64,000 nt of DNA, taken from IMG/VR virus record IMGVR_UViG_3300011897_000001, positions 1 to 64,000 of that record. The stretch is one strand, 5' to 3'. The notes under the pieces are model-generated. The model worked only from the letters and a program-made list of their open reading frames with translations, was not told the DNA's origin and ran no database searches. This document shows positions 50,178 to 57,776 of this stretch, one piece after another. Position 1 is the first letter of the stretch. The number at the start of each line of letters is the position of its first letter. This stretch comes from an uncultured virus (IMG/VR IMGVR_UViG_3300011897_000001) (lineage: Duplodnaviria; Heunggongvirae; Uroviricota; Caudoviricetes). The position numbers and the translations under genes were made by a program.

Positions 50178-50819
50178 ATGACTTTACAAGAGTTAGTAAA
50201 GGCAGCCAATATCTCTGAAGACTTAGCTGCGGTGTGGATTAGCCCATTAAATCGGACTTTCCTTGAATATAGAATTGACACCCCACTTCGTCAAGCTCAC
50301 TTTATTGCACAAGTAGGCCATGAGTCTAACGGTTTTAAATCTTTGAGAGAGAATCTAAACTACTCTGTTGAGGGCTTGCTAAAGAATTTCTCTCGTGCTC
50401 GTATCTCAGAAGCTGACGCCAAGAGGTATGGTAGAACTGACAAGCAACCGGCTAATCAAGAGATGATCGCCAACGCTGTCTATGGTGGTGATTGGGGCTT
50501 GAAGAATCTAGGCAACAGTCAAGCTGGAGATGGTTGGAAATATCGTGGTGCAGGATTGATTCAGCTAACAGGTCGTGCTAACTTTGTCAAAGCAAATAAA
50601 GCTTTGAACTTTGATTTGGTTAATCGTCCTGAACGCGTAGCTGAAGATAATCTTATTGCAGCTTTGGCGGCTGGATGGTACTGGGAAGAGAATGGTCTGA
50701 ATATCTTAGCTGATAAAGATGATATGCTTGCTATCACTAAGAAGATTAATGGCGGGACTAATGGTCTGGATGATCGTAAGCAACGTCTAGTTGTGGCTAA
50801 GAAAGCTTTAGGTATTTGA
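50178..50819 (+). CDS. endolysin, glycoside hydrolase family 19
   Basis: AHFIAQVGHES, ENLNYS, GDGWKYRGAGLIQLTGRANF, ITKKINGGTNGLDDR. Confidence 0.92.
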   Translation: MTLQELVKAANISEDLAAVWISPLNRTFLEYRIDTPLRQAHFIAQVGHESNGFKSLRENLNYSVEGLLKNFSRARISEADAKRYGRTDKQPANQEMIANAVYGGDWGLKNLGNSQAGDGWKYRGAGLIQLTGRANFVKANKALNFDLVNRPERVAEDNLIAALAAGWYWEENGLNILADKDDMLAITKKINGGTNGLDDRKQRLVVAKKALGI

Positions 50820-50820
50820 T

Positions 50821-51141
50821 ATGGCAGAAGAACCTTTAAACAAGAATACCGAAGTTGAGGCTACTATTCCACTTCCTGGTAAAATAAGTGTGGTGCCAAA
50901 TTGGCGTAAGGTCCTAAAGACTTATAGTTTTTGGATAAACGTCTCATCTGTAGTGTTGACCTTCATTACTGTGATCCTTCCCTACGTTGGATTCTTGCAG
51001 CCTGTCTTGACTGTTGGACAATATGGATGGATGATGTTTATCCTAAATGCTTCAGCAGCTCTTGCACGGATGATTAAGCAGCGTAAATTTTGGGATGGTG
51101 ATGTTCCAAAGGAGACAGGCGATGGTAACTCTCCTAGCTAA
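50821..51141 (+). CDS. putative holin
   Basis: Two TM helices, NWRKV...S.W, ARMIKQ; adjacent to endolysin. Confidence 0.65.
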   Translation: MAEEPLNKNTEVEATIPLPGKISVVPNWRKVLKTYSFWINVSSVVLTFITVILPYVGFLQPVLTVGQYGWMMFILNASAALARMIKQRKFWDGDVPKETGDGNSPS

Positions 51142-51550
51142 CTGGAAGCTTATCTTAATCCTTGTTTTAACCGTCTTACTGGCTTCTGTGGGGATTCTTT
51201 ACAAGAACTCTGTGGAAACAGTAGGGCAGCTTAAGGAAGTGAATGCAGAGCTTTCTAGGCAGGTTAGACAGGGTGAAGAAGACAAGCAGAGGCTTCAAGC
51301 AACTCTCGATTCAAACTCGAAGATTTCAGCGGAAGATAATGTGAAGCAACAAGCTATCCAAGACCAGGTCACTCAGCTCAACAAGACTATTGCTCAGCTT
51401 AAATCGTCTAACAATATTTTAAAGAAGAAAGCAAATGGTTCAAATCAAGCGTGTCAGTCTGATGGCTCTGATGTTGAGCTTTCTGACGATCTTCGGTTGC
51501 AGCTCGAATCAGCCTACAAAGGAAGTGGTATTAGTAAGTCCTCCAAATAA
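51095..51550 (+). CDS. i-spanin (Rz-like; likely start 51122)
   Basis: N-terminal TM helix then coiled coil; overlaps the lipoprotein gene. Confidence 0.75.
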   Translation: MVMFQRRQAMVTLLANWKLILILVLTVLLASVGILYKNSVETVGQLKEVNAELSRQVRQGEEDKQRLQATLDSNSKISAEDNVKQQAIQDQVTQLNKTIAQLKSSNNILKKKANGSNQACQSDGSDVELSDDLRLQLESAYKGSGISKSSK

Positions 51551-51710
51551 CCTTCTTCTAAGCCCCTGTAAGCCAGCTGAAGCAGGTTCTACGGTTGGGT
51601 CGCTAGCTGAGGGTTATGTAGCCAATACAGGCTGTCTGTGGCAGTTTGAAGGGCGTATGGAGAGCTTACGCAAATGGAAGGCTGAGCAAGAGCTTTTGTA
51701 TAAGAAGTAG
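51435..51710 (+). CDS. o-spanin (Rz1-like lipoprotein)
   Basis: Lipobox IFGC, PP..LL.PC, overlapping frame. Confidence 0.75.
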   Translation: MVQIKRVSLMALMLSFLTIFGCSSNQPTKEVVLVSPPNNLLLSPCKPAEAGSTVGSLAEGYVANTGCLWQFEGRMESLRKWKAEQELLYKK

Positions 51711-51764
51711 GGAGTTGTAGGTCAAAGGATGCGATTACGACCTTACTTTATATGAGTAATTGAT

Positions 51765-52247
51765 ATGGAACAAGAAGAACCTGGTTGGTTTGTTAGGGTT
51801 AAAGATTACCTATACGATAATGATGCCTTCCTCTATCTTGGCGGCCTAGTTCTTTGTGTGAGTATCTTTATGGGATGGGCTTTACACAGAGAAACTGAAA
51901 AGTCTACCTTGCTACAGAAAGACATCCTTGAACTTAAAAATACAATCGCCAAAAATAATACTGAGATTTTCAACCTAAAACTTGAACTAGAAAAGAAGAC
52001 AACTCCACAGATTGTACCCCCTACTCCTGATCAAGTCATGAACGAACGCGCCAGCAAGCTTAATCAAAAGATTGATAAAGTTCAAGATGCTCTTATTCCC
52101 TCTGCTGTAGCTCCTAGGACTCTAATTAAAACTGAGACTAAAGTTAAGACTGTTGAGACTCAGACTAAATTAGACAAAGAGCTTCAACATAATATGTTTG
52201 AAAGCTTCTGCAATGCACAACCAACACACCCTAAATGTAAAAGGTGA
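51765..52247 (+). CDS. second i-spanin-like membrane protein
   Basis: Single TM helix, coiled coil, C-terminal Cys pair. Confidence 0.5.
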   Translation: MEQEEPGWFVRVKDYLYDNDAFLYLGGLVLCVSIFMGWALHRETEKSTLLQKDILELKNTIAKNNTEIFNLKLELEKKTTPQIVPPTPDQVMNERASKLNQKIDKVQDALIPSAVAPRTLIKTETKVKTVETQTKLDKELQHNMFESFCNAQPTHPKCKR

Positions 52248-52250
52248 TAT

Positions 52251-52517
52251 ATGAAAGTAAAATTCTACCTTTTACTATTGTGTATCTTTCTAGCATCTTG
52301 TAGTTCTCAAAAAGAAATCACATTACCTAGTGATACTCTGCTAGCTGATTGTGTAATAAATGAACCTCCCGTTCTTACCGGCTCGGATGCAAAAGACAAA
52401 GTTATTTTGGCTCAAGCTTGGTCTAACCAGACTTCAGCCTTAAGTGTTTGTCAAAAGAAAGTAAGATTAATGCAAGTTTGGAAACGAATCCAAATGGATA
52501 GGATGGGAGTCAAATAA
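52251..52517 (+). CDS. second o-spanin-like lipoprotein
   Basis: Lipobox LASC, LP...LLADC...PP, second Cys in LSVC. Confidence 0.6.
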   Translation: MKVKFYLLLLCIFLASCSSQKEITLPSDTLLADCVINEPPVLTGSDAKDKVILAQAWSNQTSALSVCQKKVRLMQVWKRIQMDRMGVK

Positions 52518-52813
52518 TGTCTAATAACCAAAATTCTGAACTAACCTCCTACAAGAACTCAAGTTTTGAAACTGTAAAGTCGATTGCAATTACCTTACTT
52601 TTTCTAATTTGTACTTGGCTTTACAACAGCCAACAGCGTCTTGAAGATCGTTTTTATCAGTTGTCATCTACCGCCGTAACTGATCAAAAGGCTGCTCAGT
52701 TAGAGCAACGTATCAGTGCTTCAATTGAGACTAGGTTTCAAGACCTAAGCTCAAGGCTAGATTTGCTATTGAAATTGGTCTCTGCCCAACAGCAGTCACA
52801 AGATAAGAGATAA
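52517..52813 (+). CDS. single-TM coiled-coil protein (holin/antiholin-like?)
   Basis: TM helix then coiled coil. Confidence 0.5.
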   Translation: MSNNQNSELTSYKNSSFETVKSIAITLLFLICTWLYNSQQRLEDRFYQLSSTAVTDQKAAQLEQRISASIETRFQDLSSRLDLLLKLVSAQQQSQDKR

Positions 52814-52877
52814 CAACAAGGGTTGGCATCCCCTGTAGTATTTCCACGGAATGGTTTAAGAGCCCAAGGAGTCCGCC

Positions 52878-53237
52878 GTGGTAATAAAAGTCCTGACCGC
52901 ACTAGCACAAGTTGCTATATTAATTCTGGCCATTATACTAATGGTTTCCATAAACAAGCGACAAGTGTTTGATCAAGAGATGTCCAGTTTCCAAAGAAAA
53001 ATGGAAATAAGGATGGAAGATGATCGGCGTTTTTATGAGAACAAGATGAATCGCCTTCAGGAGCAAATGGATTCTTTTATAACGAGCAGGGAAGTTAGAA
53101 TCCGGATAATCAATGATAGATTTGAAAACCTAGAACGGCAGTTAAAAGAGCAGAAGTCTACACAGAATTTCCTTCTTTATAATAATTCTAATTCGGGGAA
53201 TCAAGTTAGACACAATAAAGATATAAACCAAGAATAA
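52878..53237 (+). CDS. single-TM coiled-coil protein
   Basis: N-terminal TM helix; AAGGAG RBS before GTG. Confidence 0.5.
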   Translation: MVIKVLTALAQVAILILAIILMVSINKRQVFDQEMSSFQRKMEIRMEDDRRFYENKMNRLQEQMDSFITSREVRIRIINDRFENLERQLKEQKSTQNFLLYNNSNSGNQVRHNKDINQE

Positions 53238-53264
53238 AAGACTGTACAAAATAATAAGAAATCT

Positions 53265-53294
53265 AAGCCCCTTCCTTACGGTTGGGGCTTTTTT
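53265..53294. terminator. terminator between convergent transcription units
   Basis: AAGCCCC...GGGGCTT followed by TTTT. Confidence 0.75.
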
Positions 53295-53296
53295 AT

Positions 53297-53995
53297 TTAT
53301 ACAAAGAAAGTTTCTACTTTATTATCCAAATCTTGTTCAATCTTGTTAGCACGCTTTATTAGCGATTCTTTAACCTCTGGAATGAAGAACTTTTCCTTTT
53401 CATAACGCTTTAGATTTTCATAGATCACTTGAATCTTACCTTGTTGCCAAAGGTGGTGTGCTTCCATAGGCGTAGGTTTTCGGCCCATATAAAGCTCTTT
53501 ACCACGCTCTCCGCCATTCACTACACCTTGGTAAGCAGTGACATTCTTACTCTTGGCCAGCTTCACGCCTAGAGGATATTTACCACGATAGTTCGAGCGT
53601 GTAGTAAGCAAGCAATTCAGATAATGAGGGATAAATACACAAGTATCAGGACCATACTCCTTGTTTTCTGGCACAAGCATATCTTTGTCTAGATGCAGAC
53701 CTTGCCATATTTTGTCTTCCATCCAAACTCTAAAGGGCATGAAATAGTGCCATTGCTTGTTCACAAAACACTCCAAATACTGAGGATCGATCTGCAATAG
53801 ATGTTCGCTGTAGCATCTATCAACCATAGACTTCCAGCGTTTATAGAAAGGACAGCAAATCTGTTTACCATTGACCATAGGTTGGACTTGGTAAGGCGCA
53901 TCATTTACACCGACTCCTCCCACTAATCTGCGACCTGCAATACTCTTAGCACTTAGCTCTTTGAACACAAAGCCTTCAACTGGTTTAAAATCCAT
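53297..53995 (-). CDS. putative homing-endonuclease-like protein (paralog of 12977/20561)
   Basis: GVGVNDA, CPFYKRW, LDKDML...NKEYGP, YPLGV. Confidence 0.7.
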   Translation of the reverse strand: MDFKPVEGFVFKELSAKSIAGRRLVGGVGVNDAPYQVQPMVNGKQICCPFYKRWKSMVDRCYSEHLLQIDPQYLECFVNKQWHYFMPFRVWMEDKIWQGLHLDKDMLVPENKEYGPDTCVFIPHYLNCLLTTRSNYRGKYPLGVKLAKSKNVTAYQGVVNGGERGKELYMGRKPTPMEAHHLWQQGKIQVIYENLKRYEKEKFFIPEVKESLIKRANKIEQDLDNKVETFFV

Positions 53996-54050
53996 TCCCC
54001 ACCTCCAACGAAAGAAACCCCAGCATTTTCAGCCAGGGTTTTTAGTTAAA

Positions 54051-54248
54051 TCAAATTTTATATTGAATCCTAGTTTCGCTCAGAGCTTTGTTCAACTCTT
54101 GCCGCACACTCTCACTGATTGTTTTACCTTCTTCTTGACACCACTTTTCATAAGCTTCAGGAGTAGGCCAAGCAATTTTAGCCAGTTCATAACTCATAGC
54201 AACGAATTTAGCTTGCTCTTCTGCTGCCGTAGGTTTGTTAGTCATCAC
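54051..54248 (-). CDS. hypothetical protein
   Basis: Coupled to the upstream gene; AAGGAG RBS. Confidence 0.55.
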   Translation of the reverse strand: MMTNKPTAAEEQAKFVAMSYELAKIAWPTPEAYEKWCQEEGKTISESVRQELNKALSETRIQYKI

Positions 54249-54679
54249 ACAATCTCCTTCTTTTTCATCATTTTACCGATAGTGTTTAGTTTAGCCAGAG
54301 CATCTTCACGATCTTTCTGCTGATTGCTATCAAGCTCCTCAGTACGAACGTGTATCACTCGACGTTTAGCTTTAAGAAGCTCCTTACGAATCTTGAGACC
54401 ACTGTCAAACATTGCTGTCTGAACCTGAGACTCAGGATGAACAAGCTTATATCCCTCTCCTCGCACGTTCTTAAGCATCAGATTATGTTCCTTGAGCAAG
54501 ATGTTAGCTGTCTGGTCAATCATGGTCATACGATCCATCTGAGCTTTCTGAATCTCTTGTAGGCTACCATGTTTAGGTAGAGCTACGTCAAGAATGGCAT
54601 CAAAGAGTTTCATATCAATAACCGTCTCGTAGCTAAACTGTGCTGCAATTTGTTGTGCTGCTTCATCTGGTTTACGCAA
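54245..54679 (-). CDS. hypothetical protein with a winged-helix-like motif; candidate partner of the RAMP protein
   Basis: LKNVRGEGYKLV resembles a wHTH wing; GGAGG RBS before TTG. Confidence 0.55.
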   Translation of the reverse strand: MRKPDEAAQQIAAQFSYETVIDMKLFDAILDVALPKHGSLQEIQKAQMDRMTMIDQTANILLKEHNLMLKNVRGEGYKLVHPESQVQTAMFDSGLKIRKELLKAKRRVIHVRTEELDSNQQKDREDALAKLNTIGKMMKKKEIV

Positions 54680-54680
54680 C

Positions 54681-54827
54681 TTATTTAACCTCCTGTGATT
54701 TTAGATATTCTTCTTCAATCTTTTTGTAGACTGCCTCAACCCTTTCAATTTCTTCATCACTCAACTCAAACCCAAAATATTCTTGAAACCTTTCTTTACC
54801 TGAACGCTTATCTTCTGGTTCGCTCAT
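54681..54827 (-). CDS. small acidic protein (48 aa, MSEPEDKRSGKERFQEYFGFELSDEEIERVE...)
   Basis: ATG overlaps the RAMP gene stop (ATGA); GGAG RBS; below ORF-track cutoff. Confidence 0.6.
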   Translation of the reverse strand: MSEPEDKRSGKERFQEYFGFELSDEEIERVEAVYKKIEEEYLKSQEVK

Positions 54828-55408
54828 GATTTAATCTCCACACTATAACGACCAAAGTTACCGCCACATTCAGGGCGGAAGTCACCAACACCAGCAAACA
54901 TACCCGCATTTTCCATTGCACGCAACAAGTCAGCTTCTTCAACCATCTCGGAAGAAAACATGATAGTTGCTTCCGCACTCCATTCACGAACCTTTGGACG
55001 ATACCGCATCACTCGGGCATTCATAACACCGACAGAACGGCAATCCACGAAATCTTTATTTGCCCAAAGATCATCAGGGGTAGTTGGACCTTTATAGACA
55101 AGAGGAATCTGATCCTCAAGCACAATTACAGCACGTTTGAACGATGCGCCTAGACGGTTCAGCTTAGCGCCAGATACCATGCTGGCTTTGAACATAGCGC
55201 CAGGAAGATAGAGACCGTTGGTTTGATCATAATACAGAGAGGCTTTGTACTGAAGCTCTGCAATCTGCAAGTGATCTTCTTCAAGCTTCTTACGTTTAGA
55301 AGTGAGAGCTTTGATTTCTTGAGTCTTAGGGTTTAGCGGATCACTCAGGGTATCTTTGTTCATGAGTAGAGCGCTTTCGCCAATGATTTTCACTTTCAAA
55401 GTTTTCAT
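54824..55408 (-). CDS. stand-alone RAMP / Cas7(Csm3)-like RNA-binding protein
   Basis: N-terminal strand LKVKIIGESALLM, LYLPGAMFKASM (cf. RAMP IPGSS.KG), C-terminal Gly-loop GVGDFRPECGGNFGRY; AGGAG RBS. Confidence 0.7.
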   Translation of the reverse strand: MKTLKVKIIGESALLMNKDTLSDPLNPKTQEIKALTSKRKKLEEDHLQIAELQYKASLYYDQTNGLYLPGAMFKASMVSGAKLNRLGASFKRAVIVLEDQIPLVYKGPTTPDDLWANKDFVDCRSVGVMNARVMRYRPKVREWSAEATIMFSSEMVEEADLLRAMENAGMFAGVGDFRPECGGNFGRYSVEIKS

Positions 55409-55434
55409 GTGTATCTCCTATTTAATTTAGATGT

Positions 55435-55548
55435 GCCTGAAAAGGCCCTTAGTGCACCATTGCTTACCTGACCCAGCCACGCCTTGGCATTCCCCGGCTT
55501 ACTAAAGTCAGTTACCAACCTAGAAGATTGGCAGGAATAATCTCCTGT
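55435..55548 (-). ncRNA. candidate guide-like RNA unit 2 (GGY-NN pentamer array 55446-55503)
   Basis: AGT AA GCC GG GGA AT GCC AA GGC GT GGC TG GGT CA GGT AA GCA AT GGT GC ACT AA GGG, then GCCT-TTTC-AGGC hairpin. Confidence 0.55.
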
Positions 55549-55553
55549 GAAGA

Positions 55554-55582
55554 AGATTACGCCTTCAAATCCTCAATGTCAA
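55554..55582 (-). promoter_or_regulatory. sigma70 promoter for unit 2 and the RAMP operon
   Basis: TTGACA-N17-TAATCT. Confidence 0.65.
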
Positions 55583-55600
55583 CTAGATTTGAAAGTGAGT

Positions 55601-55691
55601 TGCTAGCCTCACATATAGCCCTTACCGTGCCAGGCCTCGCTTCGCCCTGGATTACCCGACCTCGCCATACAACCTCATTTCTAAGGCTTGG
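55601..55691 (-). ncRNA. candidate guide-like RNA unit 1 (GGY-NN pentamer array 55619-55668)
   Basis: AT GGC GA GGT CG GGT AA TCC AG GGC GA AGC GA GGC CT GGC AC GGT AA GGG, then GCTA...TAGC hairpin. Confidence 0.65.
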
Positions 55692-55696
55692 TAAAC

Positions 55697-55724
55697 ATTC
55701 TACAGCATTCTACACGTTTGTCAA
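55697..55724 (-). promoter_or_regulatory. sigma70 promoter for unit 1
   Basis: TTGACA-N16-TAGAAT. Confidence 0.65.
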
Positions 55725-55733
55725 ATCTTTTTC

Positions 55734-56195
55734 TCACCAATCCAATTCACGATAAACTTGACCGAACAAAGCGTATCCGTTATCTACACGCTCTTGATAC
55801 TCCCTCATATCTTTAGTATAGCGATCTGATTCCTCCAGATTACTCACTTCGATCTTACCTACCAAACCACCTTCCTCTTTAGGTACAAACTCACAATGGA
55901 AATCGTAGTCTGAAATATCTGGCTCATTGTCAGTATTGAATACAAACATTAGCTCTTCCAGATCACCTAGACGCATCTTGTGTGCAGCATCTACGTCAAC
56001 CTCTTCACCATAAGCATCAACACCTTGAATCCATGCTTGCTTCTCAACGTAGCGCATTGGAACCCCAACGCAATCATGATCTTTGATGCTCTCGTATAGC
56101 TTTGTGATGTGAGCTAGGATGATTGGTGAGAGACTATTACCTGTCCACATTACGTCTTTGTTGCTAGCAACCCACTTACCTTTTACTTTACGCAC
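55734..56195 (-). CDS. hypothetical protein
   Basis: C-terminal ERVDNGYALFGQVYRELDW motif seen in conserved phage proteins. Confidence 0.6.
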   Translation of the reverse strand: MRKVKGKWVASNKDVMWTGNSLSPIILAHITKLYESIKDHDCVGVPMRYVEKQAWIQGVDAYGEEVDVDAAHKMRLGDLEELMFVFNTDNEPDISDYDFHCEFVPKEEGGLVGKIEVSNLEESDRYTKDMREYQERVDNGYALFGQVYRELDW

Positions 56196-56617
56196 TTATC
56201 ACTCTCCTTCATCCGCTTAACAACCTTGGTAAACATCTTCTGAGCAATAATCATTGCACTCAAGCCACCCGCGTCAGCATGCGATTTAAGCTGGTTAGCT
56301 GCATGACAAACCGCAACAACATTCCCTTTCTCATAAGGCTTACTTGCATCAATCCGCTCAATAGTCATATCTGTAGCTCGTAGTGGCTCACCATTGGAAC
56401 GAGGTTTAGTCAGTGGCAAGCCAGTGTAGTAGCAGCGTTTAGCCCGGCAGATATTCTTCATAGCTTGGAATGTCATGTTGAATTCAATTCCACGCCTACG
56501 AGCATTAGCCATCTTATTCTGCATCTTTTCCATCACATACAAGTCAAAGCGTACTTTATCGTCCATTTCACTTCTCCAAAATATCTTGCTCGTTAGCAAG
56601 CCACTCGTACACTTCAC
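56183..56617 (-). CDS. HNH-fold nuclease-like protein (likely start MDDKV)
   Basis: CYYTG...TIERIDASKPYEKGNVVAVCHAANQLK. Confidence 0.7.
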   Translation of the reverse strand: MKCTSGLLTSKIFWRSEMDDKVRFDLYVMEKMQNKMANARRRGIEFNMTFQAMKNICRAKRCYYTGLPLTKPRSNGEPLRATDMTIERIDASKPYEKGNVVAVCHAANQLKSHADAGGLSAMIIAQKMFTKVVKRMKESDKCVK

Positions 56618-56771
56618 CTAGCAAATCTTGAACCATCTCAAGCTTGTGGTGAATGGCTCGTGGATATACAGCAGAACAATGATGTTGTTGAATCTCCTGC
56701 TCGATCATTCGACGAATAAAATCAGTCATGTGGATGACTTCGTGGTAGTGATATGTGTCAAGTTTGTCCAT
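56568..56771 (-). CDS. hypothetical protein
   Basis: GAGG RBS; packed. Confidence 0.55.
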   Translation of the reverse strand: MDKLDTYHYHEVIHMTDFIRRMIEQEIQQHHCSAVYPRAIHHKLEMVQDLLGEVYEWLANEQDILEK

Positions 56772-56845
56772 TTAAAATCCTCACGTTCAGAGAGATTAGG
56801 TGTTTCAGGTACTGATTTTACACAGAATCCTTAAGATTGCAAGGA

Positions 56846-57181
56846 TTACTTCACCATCTCAACCAAGCATTCACTGAAAGCTTTATTCTTGTGCTCAGTA
56901 GCAGTGAACATTTTGTAGTCATAGACGTGGGCAGCACTTTTGATCATTAGAATCTGTGCCCTTGGTTCTGCACCAGTAGACTCAATCAGTTCAACAATCT
57001 CTTCGATGGTGTTCACGTTACGTACTCGTGCAATCTGATAGAGAGCAGAAGCATACTCTTTGCAGAACGTTACTGTAGGACGAACCTTACCAGGGATTGT
57101 CAGAGTATCGTTTGCAGCTACAGCACCAAAGGTTAGAAAGGTGCAGAGTGCAGCGGCTATTAGTTTCAGTTTGGTTTTCAT
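56846..57181 (-). CDS. secreted/periplasmic hypothetical protein
   Basis: Sec signal peptide (MKTKLK...GAVAA), Cys pair. Confidence 0.6.
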   Translation of the reverse strand: MKTKLKLIAAALCTFLTFGAVAANDTLTIPGKVRPTVTFCKEYASALYQIARVRNVNTIEEIVELIESTGAEPRAQILMIKSAAHVYDYKMFTATEHKNKAFSECLVEMVK

Positions 57182-57305
57182 GGTTTGTCTAGCTCCTTGT
57201 TGATGAGTTCAATCTTACGCTGGTAGAGGTTGATTAGCAAGGGGTTTTGAAAATATTCTGCGAATCGTAGCAGGCAGGCGAAGTGCTCAAGCTTTTGTTC
57301 ATTTG

Positions 57306-57632
57306 TCATTCCTTAAATCCTACAACGCCACCATGTAGTTTGATTACTCGTTCAATAATCTCCGTGGGTACATAGCCGTACACAGTGTCCGTAAGATTCT
57401 TAGGGTCTTCTGCAAAAGGACGCAGCAACGTGGATTTAAAAGTAGGGTAGCCAATCTCAAACATATAATACCAGTTGTAGTCGTCTTCGTCTTTTCGAGG
57501 CTTGCAGTAGTGTCCGTCAGAAGCTTGGATTGATAGCGTGTGCCCGTCCTTAAGTTTCAAGGCACGAGTCAGCCAATAGTTATTACCCTTACGTCGCCCC
57601 TCATTCATCCAATCGGTAAATTTCTTAGTCAT
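57306..57632 (-). CDS. conserved phage hypothetical protein
   Basis: DG..LSIQAS..HYC.PR...EIGYP...TDTVYGYVP....I..HGG. Confidence 0.65.
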   Translation of the reverse strand: MTKKFTDWMNEGRRKGNNYWLTRALKLKDGHTLSIQASDGHYCKPRKDEDDYNWYYMFEIGYPTFKSTLLRPFAEDPKNLTDTVYGYVPTEIIERVIKLHGGVVGFKE

Positions 57633-57738
57633 CTCAAATCTCCTTGGGCTATGAAGCTCTCTGCTTCTGTGTCTTAATTTTGATCTATCTGAAGCAAGCT
57701 GTCAACAACATTTTCAGGTTTATTTTCTGACAGATGTG

Positions 57739-57769
57739 AAAAAGCCCCCGCCCGTAAAGGCAGAGGCTT
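57739..57769 (-). terminator. intrinsic terminator after the YadA-like gene
   Basis: AAGCCTCTGCC-TTTAC-GGGCGGGGGCTT stem-loop followed by a T-tract on the - strand. Confidence 0.65.
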
Positions 57770-57776
57770 GATTGGG

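Noticed and set aside
53961..54562. + strand ORFs 53961..54323 and 54350..54562, and similar short antisense ORFs throughout
   Set aside because: Overlap better-supported genes on the opposite strand and lack RBS or motifs
55409..55733. Canonical CRISPR array next to the Cas7-like gene
   Set aside because: No 25-40 nt identical repeats with spacers; the repetition is a 5-nt register only
55528..55755. 75-aa + strand ORF across the pentamer tract
   Set aside because: TTG start, antisense to the local operon, overlaps two promoters; 5-nt periodicity is not codon-like
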